48,816 nt of DNA, taken from Candidatus Woesearchaeota archaeon (GTDB lineage: Archaea > Nanobdellota > Nanobdellia > SCGC-AAA011-G17 > JACPNG01). The translations under genes and the position numbers were made by a program. Below, piece by piece: positions 38,599 through 46,327 of the stretch. Location: positions 1 through 48,816 of the forward strand of contig JACQNI010000025.1 in NCBI GenBank assembly GCA_016203135.1. The letters run 5' to 3'. Positions within the stretch are counted from its first letter, which is position 1. Each line of letters starts with the position of its first letter. The notes under the pieces are model-generated. The model ran no database searches. It was not told the origin of the DNA and saw only the letters and a program-made list of their open reading frames with translations.

Positions 38599-40077
38599 CT
38601 AAATAGGATATCTCAACAAAGCAGCCTTGCCCCCAATAGTCTTTAGCTGTTCTCCCTCCCTTGTATTTACGGAAATTATAACGATTTTAGTTCCATAATT
38701 AAGCGCTTTTTCTTCATATTTCTCAATCTCTTTTTCATCCAGGTTTTCAGATAGCAGTAATTTATCAACAGCCCCCATTTCCAAAGCATGATCAACCTTG
38801 TCTCCATAACTAACCATATTTTCATTTTTCCCAAGCAATGTAAAAAATTCATTCAATATTGATTTTTCTTCTGTTATTTCTAAATTAACTAAAGCTTCCT
38901 GGCTTTTGTCAACTAATTCTTGTAATCCAAAATCCCCAGTATATCCCAAATCTTCAATAGCAACAACTTTCCTTTTCAGCTGTTCATTTAAATGACCGCC
39001 TTCTAAAAACTCTTCCTTAGTTGGTCCAGGTCCTCCAACTAAAATTCCCTTTAAATCCTTCATCTCCAAGAAAGCCTTGTTTGCTGCTTCCCCAATTCTC
39101 CTATAAAATTCTTTAGCAGCCCCTTCTCTTAACCTTTCAAATCTGGCTGCTGAGTTATGTACAATTAGACCGTTGGCTATGAAGTTTTTATTTTCTACTT
39201 CTATATCTATCATATTTACATTTTTTTTATTTATTTTTAACGAATCTATTTTAAATATTTTTAAGTCATCATGTAATAAACCATCATTAGTTTTTAATTC
39301 GTTTGCATATTTTGTTTTAGGATTTCCAATAAATACTAAATGATCTTCAGAACATTTTAAAATTTTATTCCCATTTTTAATTACAATTGTCTTATCTTTT
39401 TTAACATCCCATTTTTTCAGAACTCTAGATGGTTGAAATTTTTTTGTTTTAAAATTATAAGACTTAACTAAATCTCCTTCCTTGACATCTTTTAATAAAA
39501 TCTTACTATTATTATATAATGTAATTAAAGTATCTGGCATAACACATTGCCCCCCAGCCTTCGTCTTTCCAGGAACACCAGAGGTCATATGAACAATGCT
39601 TTCAATTCTTGTTCCTTTTAATGTTCCAACATCTCCTTCTCTTCTATCTAAAACAATCAATCCAAAAATCTCTTTTGTCTCTAGCATCTCTATTAAAGGA
39701 TCAAGTAAAAAAGTCTGATCACACCTATACAATCTAAAATTCAAAGGCTCAGGAGGCTCAAGACTCCAGACTTTTATGTCTATTTTGCTTTCATTCTCAG
39801 AAGCATTTCCTGCAAACAAAGCAAGGCCATTTTCAGGAGTTTTTTTGTACAATCTTAAATGCCTTATGCATCTTTCTAAACTGTCTATAACGTTCTTCCT
39901 AGTCCTAGCGTCCTTGATATTTTGTGCTGTTGATTGTTCCTCTGCCAAATGCTGGTTTATTTTGTTTAAATCATAGTCTTTAGGAACAAAAACAGAAACT
40001 AATTCAGTATGCCTTCCTCTTATCTTTTTTAATTCATTGATAAATTTCTTGAGTTTTACTCTATCTTGTAATTTCAT
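38599..40077 (-). CDS. prf1: Peptide chain release factor aRF1 precursor containing an intein
   Basis: TELVS, NIKD, YRCDQTF, GGQ|intein|SAARF, GGPG, GAVD, LLRY. Removing the intein leaves 361 aa. Confidence 0.95.
   Translation of the reverse strand: MKLQDRVKLKKFINELKKIRGRHTELVSVFVPKDYDLNKINQHLAEEQSTAQNIKDARTRKNVIDSLERCIRHLRLYKKTPENGLALFAGNASENESKIDIKVWSLEPPEPLNFRLYRCDQTFLLDPLIEMLETKEIFGLIVLDRREGDVGTLKGTRIESIVHMTSGVPGKTKAGGQCVMPDTLITLYNNSKILLKDVKEGDLVKSYNFKTKKFQPSRVLKKWDVKKDKTIVIKNGNKILKCSEDHLVFIGNPKTKYANELKTNDGLLHDDLKIFKIDSLKINKKNVNMIDIEVENKNFIANGLIVHNSAARFERLREGAAKEFYRRIGEAANKAFLEMKDLKGILVGGPGPTKEEFLEGGHLNEQLKRKVVAIEDLGYTGDFGLQELVDKSQEALVNLEITEEKSILNEFFTLLGKNENMVSYGDKVDHALEMGAVDKLLLSENLDEKEIEKYEEKALNYGTKIVIISVNTREGEQLKTIGGKAALLRYPI
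39154..39546 (-). mobile_element. Mini-intein (131 aa, Hint domain, no homing endonuclease) in aRF1
   Basis: Cys1 (CVMPDT), block B CSEDH, block F MIDIEV...NFIANG, terminal HN, Ser+1; interrupts GGQS. Confidence 0.95.
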
Positions 40078-40078
40078 T

Positions 40079-42451
40079 TTAAAATTCTACCTTAAATTTT
40101 CCAAATTTAATTTCTTTTGCATTTGTAACAGCCTTTAAGTCATTCAATAAATCCTTAAAATCCTTCTGGTCTTTTTTATCTAATGTCAAAATCATTTCAG
40201 CCTTTAAAGACTTGTTATTTTCAGACTTGAATTTCCTGACATCAGATATTACTTCAATTGCCTTGTCTCCAATCTTCTCAATTTTATTATCCATCATTTT
40301 CTTATCAGATTTAGGCCAGTCAGAAATATGTATTGACTTGGTCTTTTCTTTCCCCGAATAATAACTCATATATATCTCATCAGTTATAAATGGCATTATT
40401 GGTGCATATAGCTTCAATATGCTTAACAAAGAATGATATAAAGTATATTGAGCAGATTTCCTGGATTCTTTTCCCCTCTTATCAGGATTATATAACCTAT
40501 CCTTAATTATCTCTAAGTAATTATCACTAAAAGTGCTCCAGAAAAAACCAGATATTAATATTTTTAACTTATGATATTCATATTTCTCAAGATCTTTTGT
40601 AGATTCATCTATTATTCTATTTAATTTGGATAAAACCCACTTGTCAAAAAACTCTAGCTTGACTTTTTCCTTTTTATAATCATTTAAATGAGAAAAAGAA
40701 AACTTTGAAGCATTCCATAGTTTTATTATTGTCTTTACTCCAGTTTCAACATCCTTTTCCTGATAAGCCAAGTCATCCCCTAGCTTTGATCCTGTTGCCC
40801 AATATCTCATTGCATCTGCAGGATACTTTTCAAGCAATTCAATTGGATTTATTATGTTCCCTTTTGACTTAGACATTTTCCTTCCATGTTGATCTAAGCC
40901 ATGTCCTGAAATAACAACATCCTTCCAAGGGAGTCTCTTATTGTGCAAATAAGATTTAACAACACTGTTGAAAAGCCAGAAAGTGATTATGTCATGAGCC
41001 TGAGGTCTCAAGTTCATAGGAAATATTTTCTTAAATGTTTTTTGATCTTCTTTCCATTTAGAATTTATATATGGAGTCAAAGCAGAAGTTGCCCAAGTGT
41101 CCATTACATCCTTTTCAGGTATAAATTCCTTGCTTCCGCATTTGCATTTTTTACCTGGTTTATCAATTAAAGGATCAACTGGCAATTGCTTGTCTTCAGC
41201 TAAAATAACTTCATGGCATTTCTTGCAATACCAAACAGGAAATGGAACCCCAAAATATCTTTGCCTTGAAATTAGCCAATCCCATTGCAATCCATAAACC
41301 CAGTTGTCATATCTTACTTTCATGTGCTTCGGATGCCAATTTAATTTCCTTCCAAGAACCAAAAATTCTTTTTTCAAATCCAAGTATTTTATGAACCATT
41401 GTTTTGTAACTAAAAATTCTATTTCTATCCCACATCTTTCATGCACATTAACGCTATGTTTGATGCTTTTCTGTGAAGTTAATAATTTATTTTTTTTTAG
41501 GTCTTCAATTATTTGTTTTCTTGCTTCTTTGATTGCCAAGCCTTCATATTTTCTAGCTATTTTTTCCATAAATCCGTCATTCCTTATAGAAATTCTCAAA
41601 GGTAAATTATAAGCATACCACCAGTCTATATCAGCTAAATCCCCAAAAGTGCAGCACATTACAATTCCAGTCCCTTTCTCTGGATCTACTTTTTTATCAG
41701 CTAAAATTGGAACCTTATAATTGAACAAAGGCACTTTTGCTTCCTTGCCGATTAAATATTGATATCTTTCATCATCAGGATGTACAAAAACAGCAACACA
41801 GCTAGATAATAATTCTGGTCTTGTTGTTGCTATGGTTATATGCTTGCCCTCTACTTCAAATAAAATATCATTAAAAGTCGAGCTCAATTCTTTATCTTCT
41901 AGTTCAACTTGAGCAATAGCCGTTTGACATTCAGGACACCAAATTGTCGGAGCTTCTTTTCTATATTCTCTTTTCTTTTTATACAATTCAATAAAAGATC
42001 TCTGGCTTAATTTTTGAACTCTTGGATCTATTGTTGAATATAATAAGTTCCAGTCAACGCTTAATCCAAGATTTCCCCAAAACTCTTTAAATCTGTTTTC
42101 ATATTCCTTAGATACCTGCAGGCATAATTTGTTAAATTCTTCCCTGGGCATTTTTTTTGCTTGAACATTTTTTTCCTTTTCAACTAATCTTTCAGTAGGC
42201 AGTCCATTGTTGTCAAATCCAAATGGATAAAAAACATTAAAATTATTCATTCTCTTGTATCTTGCAATTATATCTGCATGTGTATAAGAAAAAGCGTGGC
42301 CCATATGTATGCTTCCAGAAATTGTTGGCGGCGGCGTATCTATAGAATAAATTTTTTTCTTATTTTTTACATCAAATGCATATATCTTATTTTTATTCCA
42401 AAGCTTCTGCAGTTCATTTTCAGACTTCTTCCAATCATAGATCTTTTCCAT
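40079..42451 (-). CDS. valS: Valine--tRNA ligase
   Basis: IDTPPPTISG, HMGH, ATTRPE, GTGIVMCCTFGD, SRQRYFG, KMSKS motifs. Confidence 0.96.
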   Translation of the reverse strand: MEKIYDWKKSENELQKLWNKNKIYAFDVKNKKKIYSIDTPPPTISGSIHMGHAFSYTHADIIARYKRMNNFNVFYPFGFDNNGLPTERLVEKEKNVQAKKMPREEFNKLCLQVSKEYENRFKEFWGNLGLSVDWNLLYSTIDPRVQKLSQRSFIELYKKKREYRKEAPTIWCPECQTAIAQVELEDKELSSTFNDILFEVEGKHITIATTRPELLSSCVAVFVHPDDERYQYLIGKEAKVPLFNYKVPILADKKVDPEKGTGIVMCCTFGDLADIDWWYAYNLPLRISIRNDGFMEKIARKYEGLAIKEARKQIIEDLKKNKLLTSQKSIKHSVNVHERCGIEIEFLVTKQWFIKYLDLKKEFLVLGRKLNWHPKHMKVRYDNWVYGLQWDWLISRQRYFGVPFPVWYCKKCHEVILAEDKQLPVDPLIDKPGKKCKCGSKEFIPEKDVMDTWATSALTPYINSKWKEDQKTFKKIFPMNLRPQAHDIITFWLFNSVVKSYLHNKRLPWKDVVISGHGLDQHGRKMSKSKGNIINPIELLEKYPADAMRYWATGSKLGDDLAYQEKDVETGVKTIIKLWNASKFSFSHLNDYKKEKVKLEFFDKWVLSKLNRIIDESTKDLEKYEYHKLKILISGFFWSTFSDNYLEIIKDRLYNPDKRGKESRKSAQYTLYHSLLSILKLYAPIMPFITDEIYMSYYSGKEKTKSIHISDWPKSDKKMMDNKIEKIGDKAIEVISDVRKFKSENNKSLKAEMILTLDKKDQKDFKDLLNDLKAVTNAKEIKFGKFKVEF

Positions 42452-42490
42452 ATATCTTTTATTTAGAAATTCTATTTAAATTTGATGGTT

Positions 42491-42763
42491 TTACAGGTTT
42501 AGGGTTTTTATTTCTTCTACAATCACTTTTAATTGTTTATGAAAATGAATAAGGGAAACAACAAGAATTGCAAACACTATTATAGTTGCTATTATAGTAG
42601 TAGCTATTTGTGATGGATTTAAATAGTTTATTTGTTTTGTTATAAACCCGATTATAATTCCTATAATATATGTAAAAGAAATTATTATAGAAGTATTAAA
42701 ATATTGCAGGTATCTCTGATGTTTAATATCTAATAAATTCTTCTTTATATTGTCTGACAACAT
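42491..42763 (-). CDS. Small two-TM membrane protein
   Basis: Probable start ATG 42763 (MLSDNIKK), just after the stop of the upstream small ORF. Confidence 0.6.
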   Translation of the reverse strand: MLSDNIKKNLLDIKHQRYLQYFNTSIIISFTYIIGIIIGFITKQINYLNPSQIATTIIATIIVFAILVVSLIHFHKQLKVIVEEIKTLNL

Positions 42764-42764
42764 T

Positions 42765-42935
42765 TTAATCCCCAAAAGCAATTGCAAATAGTATAAGGCC
42801 AATAACAACTAAAACAGTCCCAATGCCGCCAACAAGATAATGCTCATTTAGAAAAAAAGGTATGGAAATAAATGCTCCAATAACAGTAAATATAACCCCG
42901 GTAACCCCAGTTAAATATTTTGATTTCGAAACCAT
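42765..42935 (-). CDS. Small two-TM membrane protein (56 aa, not in ORF track)
   Basis: MVSKSKYLTGVTGVIFTVIGAFISIPFFLNEHYLVGGIGTVLVVIGLILFAIAFGD, with a TATA-like element upstream. Confidence 0.65.
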   Translation of the reverse strand: MVSKSKYLTGVTGVIFTVIGAFISIPFFLNEHYLVGGIGTVLVVIGLILFAIAFGD

Positions 42936-43020
42936 CAATATAAAAGATTAAGCTTGTTTTTATATTTTACTGAAAATTTATCGCAAGTTTTTCGGTTCTT
43001 ATCGAAAGTTAATAAAAATG

Positions 43021-43036
43021 CGAAATATATTTAAAG
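43021..43036 (+). promoter_or_regulatory. BRE/TATA promoter of tRNA-Phe
   Basis: CGAAATATA-TTTAAAG about 24 nt upstream of the tRNA 5' end. Confidence 0.65.
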
Positions 43037-43059
43037 AAAGTAAAAATAAAGTTAACCAT

Positions 43060-43163
43060 GGGTCGATAGCTCAGAAAGCCTTTCATAAGGAATTGCTTGA
43101 GCAACCTGGGAGAGTACTACGCTGAAGCCGTAGGTGTCCGGGGTTCAAATCCCCGTCGACCCA
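43060..43163 (+). tRNA. tRNA-Phe(GAA) with a 30-nt intron at 15/16
   Basis: Acceptor GGGTCGA/TCGACCC+A. D stem GCTC/GAGT with loop AG|CCTGGGA after intron removal. Anticodon stem CTACG/CGTAG, GAA at 43124-43126. T arm CGGGG-TTCAAAT-CCCCG. CCA not encoded. Confidence 0.93.
43075..43104 (+). other. tRNA intron, BHB-type, D-loop position 15/16
   Basis: GCTC-AG^A-AAGC...GCTT-GAGC-AA^C: 4-bp central helix, 3-nt bulges, intron helix AAGC/GCTT. Confidence 0.88.
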
Positions 43164-43165
43164 TT

Positions 43166-43648
43166 TTACCTATAATTAAAAGAAATGGAATTATATTCAT
43201 CAGTATTGTAAATAGAAATGCCTTCTGAATGATATAAAATAAATTCTTCAATTCCAACATCCAAAGCCATTTTGCTGCAGATAGTACAATAGGGATTCCC
43301 TAATTTTAATAAATTTCCATCCCCATCAATTCTAGTAAAATATAAACTGGATCCAACAATTTTTAATTGGTTATTGCACAAAGCGTCAATTATGGCCCTT
43401 TCTTCAGCATGAACACAACAAGTCTTATCAGTTATTTTCTTATGATAAGAATCCTTAGAATAGTCACATCTCCTTTGGTTTTCTTTATTCCCTGGTGGGC
43501 TGTTAAAACCTTTTCCAATTATTTCTCCATATTTTACAATAATAGATCCACATCTGGAATCATGACAAGTTGAATTTAAAGCTACTTTGGCAGCCTCAGC
43601 CATATATTCAAGTGCTATTTTTTCATCCTCGCCAGATAGCCTCCTCAT
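43166..43648 (-). CDS. Cytidine/dCMP deaminase family Zn-dependent deaminase
   Basis: GKGFNSPP, VHAEERA, PYCTIC motifs; probable start ATG 43648. Confidence 0.85.
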   Translation of the reverse strand: MRRLSGEDEKIALEYMAEAAKVALNSTCHDSRCGSIIVKYGEIIGKGFNSPPGNKENQRRCDYSKDSYHKKITDKTCCVHAEERAIIDALCNNQLKIVGSSLYFTRIDGDGNLLKLGNPYCTICSKMALDVGIEEFILYHSEGISIYNTDEYNSISFNYR

Positions 43649-43741
43649 ATATAGAAGGAATATAAAATAGTTTAAAATTATTTCTATAAAAAGGCCAATT
43701 TTAGAAACATTTAAATACAAATTATTCTAAAATAACCTTAT

Positions 43742-44299
43742 ATGATAAATAAAAGAGGTGCTTTAGAACTTTCTATTAACACAATTGTAATAGTGGTAAT
43801 TGGTATAACTTTGCTTACTCTTGGTTTAGTTTTTGTTCGAGGCATTTTTGGAAAATTAAACGAATTAAGTGATAATACTTTTGGAACAGCTGAAGCTCAA
43901 ATTGGAAGACTAGGACAAGGAGATGCTAGGCTAGTAACTCCTTCTGTTGTAACAGTAAAACAAGGCCAAACAGTAAAACAAAATATTATTGTTGGTAACG
44001 ACGGAGACACAGGTCAATTTAGAGTTGAATTAAAAAGGATCATCAGCTCTGGGTCCCCTCCAGAAACCCAAGTTGCAGCTAAAATGGTGCTAACTAGTGC
44101 AACTACTACATATTCAGTTAACTTAAACTCGGGAGACAGCATAACAATCCCAATAGTTATAGCTGCAGTAAGCGATGCTCCCTTAACAACAGGTTTAAAC
44201 TCTGTCCAATATGCAGTTGAAGTTAAGAAAGATAACCAACCTTATGAAAACGGAGCTTTCATAATCAATGTAGAAAAAGGCTCTGGATTATTTGGATAA
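43742..44299 (+). CDS. Pilin-like protein with class III signal peptide and Ig-like domain
   Basis: NKRG/ALELSINTIVIVVIGITLL, followed by a beta-rich domain. Confidence 0.72.
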   Translation: MINKRGALELSINTIVIVVIGITLLTLGLVFVRGIFGKLNELSDNTFGTAEAQIGRLGQGDARLVTPSVVTVKQGQTVKQNIIVGNDGDTGQFRVELKRIISSGSPPETQVAAKMVLTSATTTYSVNLNSGDSITIPIVIAAVSDAPLTTGLNSVQYAVEVKKDNQPYENGAFIINVEKGSGLFG

Positions 44300-44884
44300 C
44301 TGATTCGATATAGAATTATAAACCCTTAAAACTTTCTTGCAATCTTCACAAAATTCATATCCCCTTGAATCAATTATAGCTAAAACATATCCCCTCTCGC
44401 CATATTTATTATAATTGCCTTTCGCCATAGGGCATAATAATCCATTTTCTAATCCCATATAATTATAATGATGTTTCAATCCTAGATTATGTCCTAATTC
44501 ATGTAAGGCAATCTTTATTACCCTCTCGCTTAACATATCTGAATCTTGTGTAAATACTCTCTTAGTAGAAACCACAGCCACATTGTTTTTTAAATTTTTA
44601 GCACCAAACATACAACCATAAAAACTATCTCCATCAGAATCAAATAAATCCATTTCAATAACACCCAAAATATGCCCGCCTATTTCTTCATTTAGGGCAT
44701 CAGTTAATATACGTGCTTCTATCCCTTCAGTCTCAAAAAAAGATTTATCGTATTGGATTATCTTATAGCTCTTTACAACATTATTAGAAGCCTTGATCGC
44801 TTTCTCTCCAAGCCTTTCTAAGCCCCCAACAGATACAGGATTTCCAATCCTAACAAGTTTTAACTTTGCTAAATTATCATACAT
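44288..44884 (-). CDS. Archaemetzincin-like Zn metalloprotease (M54)
   Basis: HELGHNLGLKH, CPM Met-turn, FCEDC; probable start ATG 44884. Confidence 0.82.
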   Translation of the reverse strand: MYDNLAKLKLVRIGNPVSVGGLERLGEKAIKASNNVVKSYKIIQYDKSFFETEGIEARILTDALNEEIGGHILGVIEMDLFDSDGDSFYGCMFGAKNLKNNVAVVSTKRVFTQDSDMLSERVIKIALHELGHNLGLKHHYNYMGLENGLLCPMAKGNYNKYGERGYVLAIIDSRGYEFCEDCKKVLRVYNSISNQLSK

Positions 44885-44978
44885 TTTTGAATAAAATTTC
44901 ACAAAAACAATATATAAATTTTTAGCAAAATAATTTAAAAGCAAAACTTTTTTAAACCTACTTCTTTAAAAGTTTCCT

Positions 44979-45398
44979 ATGTCAATTTATGATAAAGATC
45001 AGCAAGAAGTAGTAAACAAAACAGCTTCAAAGCTAAAAACATTGCTTAAAGCCCCGGAATGGAGTTATTTCGTAAAGACAGGAGCTGGAAAAGAAAGGCC
45101 CCCAGTAGATAATGATTGGTGGTACTATAGAGCTGCATCAGTTTTAAGAAAAGTATACTTAATGGGCCCTATCGGAGTTAGTAAATTAAGAACAAAGTAT
45201 GGTAGTAAAAAGAATCGAGGTCATAAACCAGAAAGATTCTACAAAGGTTCTGGAAAAGTGATAAGAACAGTTTTACAGCAACTCGAAGAGGCAAGCTTAA
45301 TAGAAAAATCAAAAAAGGGTCTTCGCAAAGGCAGGATTATAACAAACAAAGGAAAAAGCTTATTGGAAAAAGATGAACTTAAATCAAAAAAATCTTGA
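44979..45398 (+). CDS. rps19e: 30S ribosomal protein S19e
   Basis: PEWSYFVKTG, WWYYRAASVLRK, LQQLE motifs. Confidence 0.96.
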   Translation: MSIYDKDQQEVVNKTASKLKTLLKAPEWSYFVKTGAGKERPPVDNDWWYYRAASVLRKVYLMGPIGVSKLRTKYGSKKNRGHKPERFYKGSGKVIRTVLQQLEEASLIEKSKKGLRKGRIITNKGKSLLEKDELKSKKS

Positions 45399-45669
45399 GA
45401 AAATGCAGGAAGAACAATTACAAGAAAAACAGCTTCAAGATCAAATAGACCAAATTGAAAACATAGCAAAGCAATATTTATCAAAAGAAGCTTTATCAAG
45501 ATATAATAATTTAAAGCTTGCTCATAAAGAAAAGGCAATGCAGATAACAATTATCATTGCCCAAGCAGCTCAATCAGGTCAGATTAAAAGAAAATTGACA
45601 GATGAAGAGTTAAAAAATTTACTACGAGAATTAGATCAAAACAAAAAGGAATTTAAAATAAAAAAATGA
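45373..45669 (+). CDS. PDCD5-like dsDNA-binding protein
   Basis: LSKEALSRYNNLKLA...TDEELKNLL; conserved position after rps19e. Confidence 0.85.
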   Translation: MNLNQKNLEKMQEEQLQEKQLQDQIDQIENIAKQYLSKEALSRYNNLKLAHKEKAMQITIIIAQAAQSGQIKRKLTDEELKNLLRELDQNKKEFKIKK

Positions 45670-45833
45670 GCAAAAAACCTTTAGCAAAGAAATTAAGATT
45701 GGGAAAAAAATCTAGCCAAACTAGATGGGCCCCTTTTTGGACTGTTGCAAAAATCTATAGAAGAAACAGAGTTCATCCTGGAAGGCATACTTATGTTAAA
45801 AGAAGTTGGAGAAGAACCAGAACAAAAAGTTAA
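45666..45833 (+). CDS. rpl39e: 50S ribosomal protein L39e (not in ORF track)
   Basis: MSKKPLAKKLRLGKKSSQTRWAPFWTVAK...KRSWRRTRTKS, 55 aa, directly before rpl31e. Confidence 0.9.
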   Translation: MSKKPLAKKLRLGKKSSQTRWAPFWTVAKIYRRNRVHPGRHTYVKRSWRRTRTKS

Positions 45834-45835
45834 AA

Positions 45836-46297
45836 ATGGCAAATCTTGAAAGACTATACACAATACCCTTAAGAAAGAAATTCCTTAAGGCTCCAAGGTA
45901 TAAAAGAAGTAAAAAAGTTATTTCTACAATAAGAACTTTCATAAGCAAAAATATGAAAAATCCAACAGTAAAAATTGGTTCTATGTTAAATGAAGAAGTT
46001 TTAAAGCATGGCAGAAAAAATCCCCCTCATAAAATAAGGGTCAAAGCTATAAGATATGATGAGCCAAGTTTTGTAAAAGTAGATTTGCCAAATGCAGTTT
46101 TTGAAGATCCATTAAAAGAAAAAGGAAAGAAGGAAAAGAAAAAGGAGAAAGAAGAATTAAAAGAAGAAGAGCTAGAAAAAAAAGAAGTTCTTGAGCATGC
46201 AAAGCTAGAGCATCATCCAGAAGAAAAAATAAAAGTAGAAAAAGGAAAAAAACCTTCTAGAAAAGAAAAAGTAATAAGTGAAACAGGCAAGAGATAA
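45836..46297 (+). CDS. rpl31e: 50S ribosomal protein L31e with Lys/Glu-rich C-terminal extension
   Basis: ERLYTIPLR, KRSKK, LNEEV...PPHKIRV; start ATG 45836. Confidence 0.92.
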   Translation: MANLERLYTIPLRKKFLKAPRYKRSKKVISTIRTFISKNMKNPTVKIGSMLNEEVLKHGRKNPPHKIRVKAIRYDEPSFVKVDLPNAVFEDPLKEKGKKEKKKEKEELKEEELEKKEVLEHAKLEHHPEEKIKVEKGKKPSRKEKVISETGKR

Positions 46298-46327
46298 TCT
46301 TTTATAACTTTTTATCAACTAAGTTCT

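Noticed and set aside
39900..39935. aRF1 NIKD instead of NIKS as a sign of stop-codon reassignment
   Set aside because: TAA, TAG and TGA all end conserved genes at expected lengths here (e.g. TGA in ATGA overlaps, TAG ending aRF1, TAA ending PCNA). No readthrough is needed anywhere.
42975..43025. Imperfect inverted repeat (TTTCGGT...ATCGAAA) upstream of the tRNA as an ncRNA or att site
   Set aside because: Short and AT-rich, within a divergent promoter region. No integrase or duplicated tRNA end was seen.
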